Shown: piece by piece, positions 1 to 12,130 of the stretch
Layout: every line of letters begins with the position of its first letter
Position numbering within the stretch: position 1 is the first letter of the stretch
Source of the DNA: Priapulus caudatus
Lineage: Eukaryota
Length of the DNA: 40,708 bases
Reading direction: 5' to 3'
Assembly: GCF_000485595.1 (NCBI RefSeq)
Contig: NW_014577069.1
Span: 1,050,794-1,091,501 of the forward strand
Made by a program: the position numbers and the translations under genes
The notes under the pieces: model-generated
What the model saw: only the letters and a program-made list of their open reading frames with translations
Told to the model about the DNA's origin: nothing
Database searches by the model: none

Positions 1-29
1 CAATGCCTTCCCGTAGATTTTTCTGCGTT

Positions 30-372
30 TTCTGCGTGATTATTATTCTGCGCAGGCACTCATTTTGGAAATCTTCCAACATTTTTACTTCTTCCTTAGT
101 TAAGTTAGTCCATGTTTCACTGTTATTTAGGAAGGAAGGTAAACTGTGCATTTAAGGAAGGTATAATTTCACTATTGCTTCTATAGTATGATTTCCATAA
201 TTTTGCTCTTCTGCCCATGATAATAATATTATTTCGCTCATCATGAAACGGCTCATCATCAACATATTTCAGTTCGGACTCTTACTATATCATTATAACC
301 TCCTATATCATTCATTAAATTCCCTAGGTATGAATATTTGGTGCATTTTTTTATTACTTGGTTGCCTATTGG
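30..372 (-). mobile_element. Decayed non-LTR retrotransposon (RTE-like) RT C-terminal/thumb fragment
   Basis: Minus-strand translation gives IGNQVIKKCTKYSYLG near 320-372 and ...LPSFLNNSETWTNLTKEEVKMLEDFQNECLRRII near 40-140, matching the LINE motifs YxYLG and xSETW...LExFQxxCLRRI. Contains stops and frameshifts. Confidence 0.8.
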
Positions 373-1209
373 NNNNNNNNNNNNNNNNNNNNNNNNNNNN
401 NNNNNNNNNNNNNNNNNNNNNNNNNNNNNNNNNNNNNNNNNNNNNNNNNNNNNNNNNNNNNNNNNNNNNNNNNNNNNNNNNNNNNNNNNNNNNNNNNNNN
501 NNNNNNNNNNNNNNNNNNNNNNNNNNNNNNNNNNNNNNNNNNNNNNNNNNNNNNNNNNNNNNNNNNNNNNNNNNNNNNNNNNNNNNNNNNNNNNNNNNNN
601 NNNNNNNNNNNNNNNNNNNNNNNNNNNNNNNNNNNNNNNNNNNNNNNNNNNNNNNNNNNNNNNNNNNNNNNNNNNNNNNNNNNNNNNNNNNNNNNNNNNN
701 NNNNNNNNNNNNNNNNNNNNNNNNNNNNNNNNNNNNNNNNNNNNNNNNNNNNNNNNNNNNNNNNNNNNNNNNNNNNNNNNNNNNNNNNNNNNNNNNNNNN
801 NNNNNNNNNNNNNNNNNNNNNNNNNNNNNNNNNNNNNNNNNNNNNNNNNNNNNNNNNNNNNNNNNNNNNNNNNNNNNNNNNNNNNNNNNNNNNNNNNNNN
901 NNNNNNNNNNNNNNNNNNNNNNNNNNNNNNNNNNNNNNNNNNNNNNNNNNNNNNNNNNNNNNNNNNNNNNNNNNNNNNNNNNNNNNNNNNNNNNNNNNNN
1001 NNNNNNNNNNNNNNNNNNNNNNNNNNNNNNNNNNNNNNNNNNNNNNNNNNNNNNNNNNNNNNNNNNNNNNNNNNNNNNNNNNNNNNNNNNNNNNNNNNNN
1101 NNNNNNNNNNNNNNNNNNNNNNNNNNNNNNNNNNNNNNNNNNNNNNNNNNNNNNNNNNNNNNNNNNNNNNNNNNNNNNNNNNNNNNNNNNNNNNNNNNNN
1201 NNNNNNNNN
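373..1209. other. Assembly gap (N run); smaller gaps at 2211-2220 and 20894-20918
   Basis: N characters. Confidence 1.
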
Positions 1210-1477
1210 TATATATATGTATTATCAGGAGTTAATGAGACAAATGTCTCATTAACTCCTGGTATTATGTATATCGAAGATCAAAATTATTTTATTAGCT
1301 CCATTATCTTCCCCCCCCTAATGTAACTGCAGAATACGAATACCTTGCACGTAAGCCGAGACGATAAAATTATCAAAAGGAAGAAAACACGTAATTTGTT
1401 TTTACTCGCTCCTGATAAATATCAAGAGCTAATAATTAGCTCTTGATAATGTCGATGAGCTCAGCCCTCGGCGAGGA

Positions 1478-1622
1478 GGTTATATAAGGTAATATAAGGT
1501 ATATAAGCTATATAAGGTTATAAAGGCTATAGGTAATATAAGGTATATAGGTTATATAACGTTATATGGGTTATCGGTAATAATTGTAAGGTATATCGAT
1601 TATATAAAGTATATGGGTAATA
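1478..1622. repeat. Degenerate ~9-10 bp minisatellite (TATATAAGGT-like)
   Basis: Repeating ggttatataa/ggtaatataa/ggtatataa units. Confidence 0.8.
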
Positions 1623-1750
1623 AAGCCGTCCTGCTCTTCTCCTAAACTACTGCTAATAACTCTAACCGTTCTTCTGCGACGACATCGTATTGTCGTCTGC
1701 ATAACGCAAAGACTACGAGCCCATGTCTCCAACCGATAACCTGTCGTTGC
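1620..1750 (-). mobile_element. Highly decayed LINE RT fragment (LRYADD)
   Basis: Minus strand reads ...SLRYADDNTM (YADD at 1692-1703), then after a frameshift VAEERLELLAVV*EKSRTAL. This resembles the RTE-type pattern NLRYADDTxLxAExEEELQxLLxxVxExS. Confidence 0.5.
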
Positions 1751-2220
1751 CTTGACGGTTGCCGTGTCTGTGACCATGGCCGCGTTGCCATCGGGCAGTC
1801 TATTCACATAGCCTGGCTTGACGGGATGCGGCCATGATGCCGAGGCTTCCAATCACAGCCTACGCCGCACCTCTATTTTTATAGGTGGGGACCCATAACA
1901 GCATGGAATCGCCGATCTCAGGAACTAGGGCATTCTGCTAGGCTAGAACGGTTTCCTACGATAGCGTTTGGCACAAAAATGAAAATAACACGCTGTTTAG
2001 CGCACTGCGCTACGTCCTTCTGTTGAATTTTTGCATCTCCGTAATCGGAATAAGCCCCGCCTTCTTCGTTGATGGGCATGAATTGGGCGTGGCCGACGTT
2101 ACCGGTTCCTGTACCTACCGTTTTTCGCTGGCCTATTTACTTTTCGTAAATAATAAAATGCCCGGCCGATGCCTTTCGCATCGAAGCGGAAAATTTCCCA
2201 CATTTTCACTNNNNNNNNNN

Positions 2221-2490
2221 CCCTAGGTATGAATATTTGGTGCATTTTTTTATTACTTGGTTGCCTATTGGCTTGGTTGCCTATTGCCTTGGTTGCCTTG
2301 GTCTCCTTCTCTATCTTTTCTTTGTTTGTGAATTTTTTAACCATTGTATTTGTTTTGTTCATATTAAATTCTAATCTTTTTGATTCAGCTAATCTGAAGC
2401 CTGAATGAGCGATTTTTTTTAGTGTTTTATAATCTCCAATTCCTAGAATATCGTCCATATATAATCATTGTTATCTTCTAAAACTACAGA
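2221..2490 (-). mobile_element. Upstream part of the same decayed LINE RT (catalytic YMDD region)
   Basis: Reads LYMDDILGIG...RLEFNMNKTNTMV, i.e. the YxDD motif followed by an LxFNxxKT motif, then shifts frame into IGNQVIKKCTKYSYLG. 2221-2271 repeats 322-372. Confidence 0.8.
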
Positions 2491-3988
2491 CCATCCACTG
2501 ACCGCTGTGGAGACGTGCGCCGGGCCTCGAATTTGGCGCACGTCTCCACTGCTGACAGCGCGTCATACTTCAACATCCCCGCGGTCGCGTGCGCATATCC
2601 CGCGGAACTGCGCGTCTCATTCGCGCGCAGCGCTTAGGATCAACAGCAAAGCTGTGCCACGCAATCTTGTATCATGTCTCTCTGGATCGGGTAATGGTCA
2701 ACACACATATAATATGCGCGTAGATGTTAATGCAGTCGTGAGCAGAGCTCACAGACGTACGCCTACATCGCATTTACTATGCATAGATAATGCTACTACT
2801 AATGGCCACTAATACGTTAAATCTTCTTATTTGATAAGAATTCCTCTACCAGCATGGATTATTGCCGTTATAATATTATTATATGGAACGTATAGGTTCA
2901 TCTAATGCCACTACATATGTGCTACTTATGGATGCATCATCGTATTCATCTGCAAGATGCCATTACATTACCGTGTTGTCTATCGGTGGCTTATAAATAA
3001 AAACAACGAATGACATCAAATGTATTAGCGTTGAAACCTATTTCGTGTAGGCCGTAAACATGCCGCTGTAAGTACTGTTCGACGAGGTATATAATAGGAA
3101 CAAATTCCAAGCAAGCCTATAGCTTGAGCTTCCCCCGTGACGCTCACGTAATTGGTAACGCAACGTACAACGTTGTGTAAATATCGGCGATTTTGCCCTG
3201 GAAGTGGTGGTGCCAACGAGAGATATGGCAATGATGCTACAGCCCACCTTGGGAACGCAGTACGGTAGGGGAGCAGGCAGTAATTCGTAAGCGAATCCTT
3301 AAAAGATATTCGCTCTTCATTTTGCTATGCGGCGTTAGTCTACGAAACTACGTTTAAAAACAATTAGCGGGATGAATGACTAATTTATATGTACATACGG
3401 GCAATTACAATATATCCATAGTTACGAATAGTTGAGCAGTCATTTCCTGGTTAAAACGCTAAAGTTGTCATTATGAACATTGAATTTTTAAGAACAAAAA
3501 ATCGGATCTCTATGTTTTATATAGCTTTTGGAACCTTACTCACAGTGTAAGATTAGCCATCCACCCCCGCCGGAGACTTAGTCCCATCCCATCGATGACC
3601 TTTGCCCTTTATCGATGACCTTTGCTTCCTGCGTCGGAGAACTTAGCCTCCATGGGTGAACATGGCCCCTCCACCCCCACCTTACCTTGGAGCACTTCAG
3701 CGCCCTCTGGATCGGAGACATTCGCCTCCCCCCGCCGGGCAATCTCTAGTGCCAGTCCTGAGTCAGAGAGAGCAGACGTGCGACATGTACCGTCAGACGC
3801 AGCGGTCCAAGAATGCTAGCCCGCGATACATTTGTACTCCTTTACAGTTGAATGCCGACAGGCGCGTTCGTATATGTACCTGTCTTATGTGAGATAGCAT
3901 TCATCGGCAAAGTAAGTAAACAAGAGCGGGAGAGATAAATAGATAGAGAGTGAAAGTAAGGGCGAGAGAGGGGGAGCGAGTGAGTGAG

Positions 3989-4015
3989 GGTGTGCGTGCG
4001 TGCGTGCGTGCGTGC

Positions 4016-4061
<46 letters not shown>

Positions 4062-4110
4062 GAGACTGCGTGCGTGCGTGCGTGTGAGAGAGAGAGCGCG
4101 AGAGAGGAGC
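3989..4110. repeat. Compound microsatellite (GCGT)n/(GT)n/(GA)n
   Basis: Directly visible. Confidence 0.95.
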
Positions 4111-4538
4111 GACATGAGAGAGGAGGAGAGACAGGAGTGATATTATCAGAAGTGTATTATAACACCATATAGGAGCACTAGTGAATCGAGCAGATCTTAA
4201 TAAACAGGCACTTGGGACAGAGTCCGTAAAAACTGCAAATAATATGAATGCGGCACATTCACAAAAAACGCAGTTATGTATACAGTAAGTAGTCTCATAA
4301 ATACTTTGATAAATTATTTAAATACTGTAACTAGAGTGGCTGAAAAAAACGGGTGGACCGACGGTCCATTTAACTTGTTAAATTTACTGGACCGAGAGAG
4401 ATTTTGGTGGTCTCGGACCACGGTCCACCGCCTAACGTCGAAGACTGGTATATACAATATAATTTTGTTAGAATGATTCTAGATTTGCCTTTACACAACA
4501 GAACTGGCGAGTACAGCTGACTCTACAAAGGTACTGAC

Positions 4539-4734
4539 CTCTGAATTGGTTTCTCGTACAAGTCCTCCTTCTTGCCAGGGGTGTAGTTGGGACCCATGAT
4601 TCGTACTTTCTGGCCAGTTCCGACCGTACCAGAGAAAACACGACCAAAAGCATAGAACCTGCCCTTGTCGTTGGTGGGCACCATCTTAGAAATGTACATC
4701 ATCAACGGTCCAGCGGGGTTGCACTCCTTCACAG
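4539..4734 (-). CDS. EEF2: Internal coding exon of eukaryotic translation elongation factor 2 (domain II region)
   Basis: Translates to (A)[65 protein letters not shown], matching the conserved eEF2 segment [28 protein letters not shown]...[15 protein letters not shown]. On the minus strand the acceptor is tttgttgtttttgcaccaacttag|CTGTGAAG (AG at 4735-4736) and the donor is CAGAG|gtcagt (GT at 4537-4538). Length 196 nt, phase 1 start, phase 2 end, no stops. Confidence 0.96.
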
Positions 4735-5128
4735 CTAAGTTGGTGCAAAAACAACAAACGATTACCAACGAGCATCTACCAACCGTCTGAGAAAACTGTG
4801 CCAAAGTGAATTTTACATATCCTAGAACAATTTATAAAGGAAATACGAAACCTCTCGAGAGCCATAACAAACTGCCAGAAAATATATGAAACACATTTTG
4901 ATACACTATGAGATCAACTATGGTCCGAAGAGCTTCTATAAAACCATAAACCTGTATATCCCAAAGTTAACACCTAGGCGTACACCCTAACACCACGTGT
5001 GTATGCATTCTATACAGTGTAACACTTCTTCCTCGCGTTACCTACATTCTTTTCACCAAGCATCGACCATCACGATCCCGTTACATTGCGTGATGTGCCA
5101 TCTCAGAATTATTCAGCCGATAATTATT

Positions 5129-5354
5129 TACATAATGATTCAAGCGGTAATTCTTTTCATCCTAGATAGCACACCATCAGGTCAATGTATATATATATAT
5201 ATATATAGTGTGACTTATACAAGTATGTATATATATGAGTATGTGCATTTTTATCCAGCGATCTTGATATACATAATGATTCAAGCGGTAATTCTTTTCA
5301 TCCTAGATAGCACACCATCAGGTCAATGTATATATATATATATATAGTGTGACT
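5129..5354. repeat. Direct duplication of an ~86 bp segment (period ~141 bp) ending in (TA)n
   Basis: tacataatgattcaagcggtaattcttttcatcctagatagcacaccatcaggtcaatg(ta)n gtgtgact occurs at ~5129 and ~5270. Confidence 0.9.
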
Positions 5355-6075
5355 ATATATATGTCAGTGTAATAGCGACACAGCACACCCGCAACGGCGA
5401 GTGGCGGGAGCGGCTAGTTTATGTGAAAGCAAGTCGATATACAGTGACATGCACAACTCTAGTAGAAGTGTAATAAACGGGTAAAATTGTGAATGTGCCG
5501 CGTTCATATTATTTTCAGTATGTATACTGACTCTGTCCCAAGTGCCTGTGATATCGTATAGTGCATGCGCGCCATCGCAACCTCGCACTGCAAGCAGCTA
5601 TAGCTTGCCGCGTAGTGTGGACGTCAACTACTATACGTATGCAGGTCGTCACGGGCATGGACTGAGCGATGCGCTCAGGAGAGGATGTTCATTCATTAGT
5701 GTCGACAGTACAAAGCCAGCGCCAAGAGTGAATTTTAATCGCTTAATAATTCGCGCGTGCAAAGATGGAAGTGCGCGTTATCTCGTCTCGTCCCTGTTTG
5801 GTCGCCAAGAGAGTATAAACAGAGTTAATTGGCGCACAGTGTGAGTAAATAGGCTTTGTGTTAGATCCGCGCGAGAATGTCAGGGCAACCTTTTCACGTC
5901 TCTTCGCCTCGTTCAATCTAGCTGCGAGTGTTACGTATAATGCGTGATTCTACATGGTTATAGTGCAGTGTTATATTCTACCTCGAGTACATATCACCAG
6001 GAGTGAATAATAATAGGTTTCACTATTATTATAGATAATAATTATTATCTAATATATAGTTAATATATAGTTAAT

Positions 6076-8610
6076 AGACTGGAAATCGTGGCCATCTGTC
6101 ATCGGTAAACACGGCGTTGGTAATATGAATTCAAATGAACTAATGCTATTAGAGTTCTGTGCCAGATTTCAGCTTACAATCATGGGTACAATGTTTCAAC
6201 TTAAAGACAGCCTGAACATGGCAGCACTTGCGGTCAAAGCACTGGCATTAGATTGACCATGTACTAGCAAATCAAGCTGCAAAGCAACACGTCATAGTGA
6301 CCAAAGTCAATCAAACAGCACACTGCTTCACTGATCACAAGTTGATTGTTTGTAAGTGTCATTTCTTCATAAAGCCAAAGAAGAAGGGCACAAAGCCTCC
6401 CAAAAAGCTTGACACTGGCCTCAACAATGAAAGAAAAGAAATTGTGGAACGGTTCTTGAATGAAAAATTGTTTGATTGCAAAGAACATTGGGAAGAATTC
6501 AGAGAAGTGCTTCAAAGGGCAGCCAAAAACGTATTTGGAAAGAAGGAAAAGAAACAGAATGACTGGTTTGACGAGCAGGATGGAGAAATCAGAGAGCTGC
6601 TTCAAAACAAGAAACTGAACAGGAATGCTCTTAGAGAGCGTATCAGAAAGCTAAAGAATGACTGGTTCCAGCGAAAAGCTGAAGAAGCAGAGATTTTTTT
6701 ACAAAAGTATAACAATAGAGAATTTTATGCCACTCTCAATGCTGTCTACGGTCCAAGAACTAAAAGCTCCCATCCTGTTAGATCACAAGATGGCGAGCTT
6801 CTGACTTCACCAGATAGCATCAAAAACAGATGGGTAGAGCATTTCAGTGATCTTCTGAATCAACCAACTGATGTTGATTTAAGCATCTTGGATAACATAG
6901 AGGAACATCTAATTATTGCGTCCTTCAATGATCCAATCTCAGAAGAAGAGCTAGATAAATCTTTCAAGAACATCACATTAGGAAAAAGTCCGGGCCCTGA
7001 TGGAATAATCCCTGAAGTTCTTGTGCATGGCGGCGCTCGTTTGAGAGCTTTCATACTTGTACTCTTTCACATCTTCTGGAGGAAATTCCCTCTGACTTGA
7101 TTGATCCTAACATCACCATCCTGTTCAAGAAAGGTGACAGAAGTCAGTGCGGAAATTATAGAGGTATATCACTTCTAAGCGTAGTTGGTAAAGTCCTAGC
7201 AGACGTCATCTTGCAGAGACTACATCACCTTGCATAGAAGATACACCCACAATCTCAGTCAGGGTACCGAAGGGGCAGAAGTACTGTGGATAGAATCTTT
7301 ACCCTTCGAGAAGTAATGGAGAAAACGAGAGAACAGCGCAGAAGTTTGTATATAGCTTTTGTGGACTTTACTAAAGCGTTTGACACCGTCAATCGTAAGC
7401 TACTCTTTATCATCCTGAGTAAGCTGGGCTGCCCTGCAAAGTTTATAAGAATCATCAAGAAGCTATATACGAACGTGCATGCAAGACTCATCGTAGATGG
7501 TGAACTCACACAGGCCTTCGGGTACAACAGTAGTGTCAAGCAGGGTTGTAAGCTAGCACCAACACTCTATGGCATCTATGCAGCTGTTTTACTTTGTCTT
7601 GCTTATAAGAAAATCAAGCACACTTGCAGTGTAAAGGTCAGATTTCGCTATGATGGTGATCTATTTGATCTTCGAAGACTGAAGTCAAAGACCAAAGTTC
7701 TTACCGAGTACATCAGGGAAGCTCAATATGCAGACGATATAGCCATATTCAGTGACACTTCAGCGGGACTACAGTTGTTACTCACAGCTTACAACGACCT
7801 TGCTAAGAAGATGGGACTACGTATTAACACTGCAAAGACAGAGACCATGTGCATTGGTACTGAAGCTGAGTTCTTCTTAGCTGACACCAAGTTGGCGAAC
7901 GTCACCCGCTTCAAATACCTTGGCAGCTATGTAACAAATGACTGCTCTATGAAAGAGGATCTTGCAGCTTATGAAAGAGTGTTCAACTCACGTGACCTTA
8001 CAATAAACACTAAAGTCAAAGTCTACAACCAATGTCTTATGCCACTTCTGATGTACGGCAGTGAAACCTGGACTCTGTACCAGAGAACAATACAACAACG
8101 TCACCTGCGCTTAATCATGCATATTAAATGGTATCATTACATCAGTAACGAGGAGGTCCTGAACAGAGCGGGTGTTTAAGACATCGAGTTGAAGCTAGTT
8201 AGAAGTCGTCTGCGTTGGTTTGGCCACGTCTGTAGAATGGATAATGACAGACCAGCAAAGGCACTCCTATACAGCGAGCTAGCAAATGGATCCCGATCTG
8301 TTGGTTGCCCTAAATTGAGATATAAGGATACCTGCAAAGGTGCTCTGAGGTGTGGTAATGTTCTTGATCAGTGGAGGAATGTTGTAGACAACAGACAGGA
8401 GTAAAGAGGTCTTGTGTATACAACTTGTGAATGCTTCAACATGAAGAGACCACAATCCAAAAGCAGTTCCATCGAATACAGTTGCAACGCACAGAAGCTG
8501 AAGAATTTGAACAAAAGATGATTCTATGAACTTATTGTATAGGCGATAGATATTTGTACTACATTATTATTCTGTGTACTGCCCGTTCGGGCTCTGCCCT
8601 ATGGAGTTTA
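6076..8610 (+). mobile_element. 5'-truncated, degenerate RTE-clade (BovB-like) LINE: C-terminal APE endonuclease plus reverse transcriptase
   Basis: Endonuclease tail VIGKHGVGNMNSN..LLEFC..., TWQHLRSKHWH*IDHV and CFTDHKLI. RT motifs GKSPGPDGI, NYRGISLLSVVGK, QSGYRRGRST.DRIFTLR, YIAFVDFTKAFDTV, VKQGCKLAPTLY, QYADD, FKYLGS, YGSETW and RLRWFGHVCRM. Broken into ORFs 6297-7100, 7286-8179 and 8189-8404 by frameshifts and stops; ends at a (TA)n tail. Confidence 0.93.
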
Positions 8611-9429
8611 ATATATATATATATCTCAAGAGGCAGCATAAAGAAGAGCTCTTTATACGCTCTTGTAATATATTCTATATATATATATATATACTATATT
8701 ATATAATAATCATCTACTATATAATATAATACGTTAATAGATTTTACTGTTATTATTCAGCGTCCTGATACATCATGTTTCCCGGTAGTGAATTATTTTT
8801 GTCTTAATTGACAATCGTTCTTAAATAAATAGTCTTCATCATAAAATGTAACTACCGCACACGATTATTTAATTTGGCAACCAACGAATGCACGTTCTAA
8901 ATAACTTGTAAAATCGCTAAAGAAAATCCATAACTTCGTGATGACTTGATGACGTTCTGGCGCTTCCACTCTAAGTAGAATCTCCACTTCATTACTGACA
9001 ATTCGGCAAGCAGTTACAGTGAATAGTGGTGCGTGTGATCTATCGTGGTATGTAAACCACTGCGTTTTATACGGAAGAATGGAAACTAATCAGCGTCAAT
9101 GAATGAATGTTCACGCCACTAGGAATAGCTTTACAGAACTCGTTCGTTTATACCTATTCCTCGCAGTAGACGAGATAAAATCTAGAATGCTCGCAATATC
9201 CGTAGGGCGCTACAGGCGCAATTCAGCCTTAAGAGCGAGCTCGCTTCTCATGCGAGCGAACTTCGGCGATACCCTCCCTAGATCCCCAGTTTTTAAATAG
9301 ATGCTCCGCAGTCTCTGCCAAGTCAATTCGATCTCTATCATCCTCTCATAACTTCCGTAATCATAGCCTCGATGCATCCAAGGCCCAGCTTCAGATCACC
9401 CCGCCGTAACTTCAAAACTGACTTGTAGA

Positions 9430-9936
9430 TCTCACGAGACAACACAACACGTCACGCACGGCACGGCAGCACATCTCTCCACCACACAACAGTCGTCTCA
9501 CACAACTACACCACACACACACACACACACACACCACACACACACACACACAACGGCGTCTCCTGACCACACACACACACAAAACGGCATCACAACACAT
9601 ACGATTTACATACATACAGCACAGTTCGTCAGCATCAGCTCGCACACACACATCTCACTACGTCTCACAGCACACACACACACACAACACACACACAGCC
9701 ACAGTCTTCGTCTCACACACACACATTCTACACACTACACTGCCGGCTCCCTATACGCATGCACAGAAAAGATGTGGCCCCGGTCAGTAATTGCAATCTT
9801 TCATTGAAGCTGGGGCATACATCGGTATATCTCTTCTCCTATCCCTCTCTCTCTCGTCCCATTCCTCTCGTCTCTTCTTCAGTCTCTCTGCTCGTCTCCT
9901 CTCACACCAACACTTTCTCTCGTTCTCATCTGCTTG

Positions 9937-10027
<91 letters not shown>

Positions 10028-10040
10028 CTCTCCCTCTCCC
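9430..10040. repeat. Degenerate (CA)n tract followed by (CT)n tract
   Basis: Directly visible. Confidence 0.9.
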
Positions 10041-11679
10041 CTCTATCTATCTAGTGCGAACGCAAACCTTCCTCTCCCATACCCTCTCCCCGCCCCGATC
10101 GCAGGAGCATCCCGCTCGCATCCTCCCTAGCAGAAGCGACATCACTCAGCGCGGCCTGCGCTGTGCTGAAACAAACACGTAAACTGCTACGCGATGCAAC
10201 GCACTAGCACGACTAGTTGCGGGGTGAGTGAGCATGCAGAGGTGGGGAAGGTGACGTCAAAAAAGCGCTACCGCGGGTGGGCGTACGTGCGCAGTTGTGA
10301 TTCCCCGCCGTCAACGCGTCTGGTCGCGCGCTGTCACCGCAGTAAGAGGAAGGAGAGTTCGGTCGTCGGAGCATCCATCGGGCCGTGACAACGCAGCGCG
10401 GTGCGCACAGCGTGCGGCGCATGAGGAGAGACTCTCTATATCAAGTCGCAGCTTCCAGCGGAGCTCGCTAGTGCGCTCGCTGCAGGTGATCGGACGCGAT
10501 CATATCTCACCGCATCTCTCACGCTCTCTCTATCTCTCGCACGCACGCACGCACGCGCTCGCTAGATCTCGTGGAGCGTTGACTCGTTATCGTAGCAGCG
10601 ACGAGCAGGTGTCATCGATGAATTTCGGTATTCAATTTTAGTTATCTGATTGCGACGACCGCCGCGCCATGCTTCACTCTGTATCGGGACATAGAGAGTG
10701 ACGCGCTCGTGGGTTCGCACAGACAACGTGGGCCTTGCTACAGAAAATGCATCAGATTGCTTGAGGTTCTGACGTCACTGACACAAAGGTAGGCTATGTC
10801 ACATTGAGGTGTTCAACGCGATTGTTGGCTTCCTTGTGTGAGGCGTGTAGACTAGCGTGTGTCATTTCTACTTCTTCTTCGTGACCTCTACGATATACGT
10901 GCGTCATCGCGACGTAAACATGGTATCAATAGCTCGTAATACCTATAAGCAGGAGGTAATAATGACAAATTTGTCATTATTAACCCCTGATATTAGTAAT
11001 TAGTGTAGTACCTAATAATAAAAGTATTATTAGCTCTTGATGGTATCGCATGGTATATGTTAATACTAACTCTGTGTCTCGGTGAAATTAGCTAGCAGAA
11101 ATGGGCGGCACTGATAAGTATTCGAGCCATGGAAATTTTCCAATGTTGTATGGCAATAATTTGAGAATGACAGATACGCGACTCGCGTCTGCAAAGTATA
11201 ATATCCGACTAGACAGCGCGACTAATGTCAATACAAATGGTCTCTCGATTTATGACCGCGTCTTGGAGCTACATCGAAGTTAAATTAGATCTTTCGTTTG
11301 CATAGATAAAGTGTGCTCGCATACTACGAAGTCGATGTTGACTCTGTTATCACTTTACAAGCGGGATTATAGGCGAATACGTGTTAAAAATAGATCTGGC
11401 TATATATGAGCTAGTAGATAACGTCATGATAAATTCACTGGCAGCGGAATCAAGTCCACCCTTACCACGCCTACCCTACAGCACATCTATATATATATAG
11501 CTTTAATATTGAGTGTGATTATATTAGATATAGGGGTTATATATACACATGATGTGCTGCAGTGCAGGCGCTGCCAGCGGATATATTCATGCGGAGGCAC
11601 ACTGCGGTTCACAATCTTTGTTGCGTGTGAAGCGTAAACGTGTACTTGTGCGTATGCGTTGAAGTGCGTGTATATATGT

Positions 11680-11705
11680 AGGCACGCGTGTGCCCGTGCG
11701 CGTGG

Positions 11706-11747
<42 letters not shown>

Positions 11748-12130
11748 GCGTGCGTTGGTGTGTGCGTGCGTGCGTGTGTGCGTGCGAGTGAGCGTGTGCG
11801 CACACGTGCATGCATGCGTGAGTGAGTGTGTGCGCCTTATGTTTGTATGTGTGTGTTTGTGTTGCCTTGTTGTTAGTTGTTGTACGTGAAAGTGTGTCGA
11901 GTTGTGTGTGTATCCGTAGTGTGTGAGATGTAGCGTCCATGTGTGTGTGTGTGCATGTGTGTTTGTGTGAGTGCGTACGTATGTTCTTGCATGTTGTGTT
12001 CGCGCGTGGCATTAATACAAACGTCGCCGTCCGCGCGGTTGCAAGCTGCCATATATTATGTTGAGTCTGTGTAATGTGTGTGTGTGTGTGTGTGTGTGTG
12101 GTCGTGTGTGCGTGGCTGAAATGTGTGTAG
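11680..12130. repeat. Degenerate (GT)n/(GCGT)n microsatellite region
   Basis: Directly visible. Confidence 0.9.

Noticed and set aside
243..1326. Three 300+ aa ORFs
   Set aside because: They consist almost entirely of the N-gap translated as X.
4330..4448. hAT-like remnant beside the EEF2 exon (ggtggaccg/cggtccacc) as evidence of exon capture
   Set aside because: No matching terminus on the other side of the exon and no TSD.
4523..4804. The full 93-aa ORF as a standalone gene
   Set aside because: Only 4539-4734 is eEF2-like; the flanks are intron sequence bounded by AG/GT splice signals.
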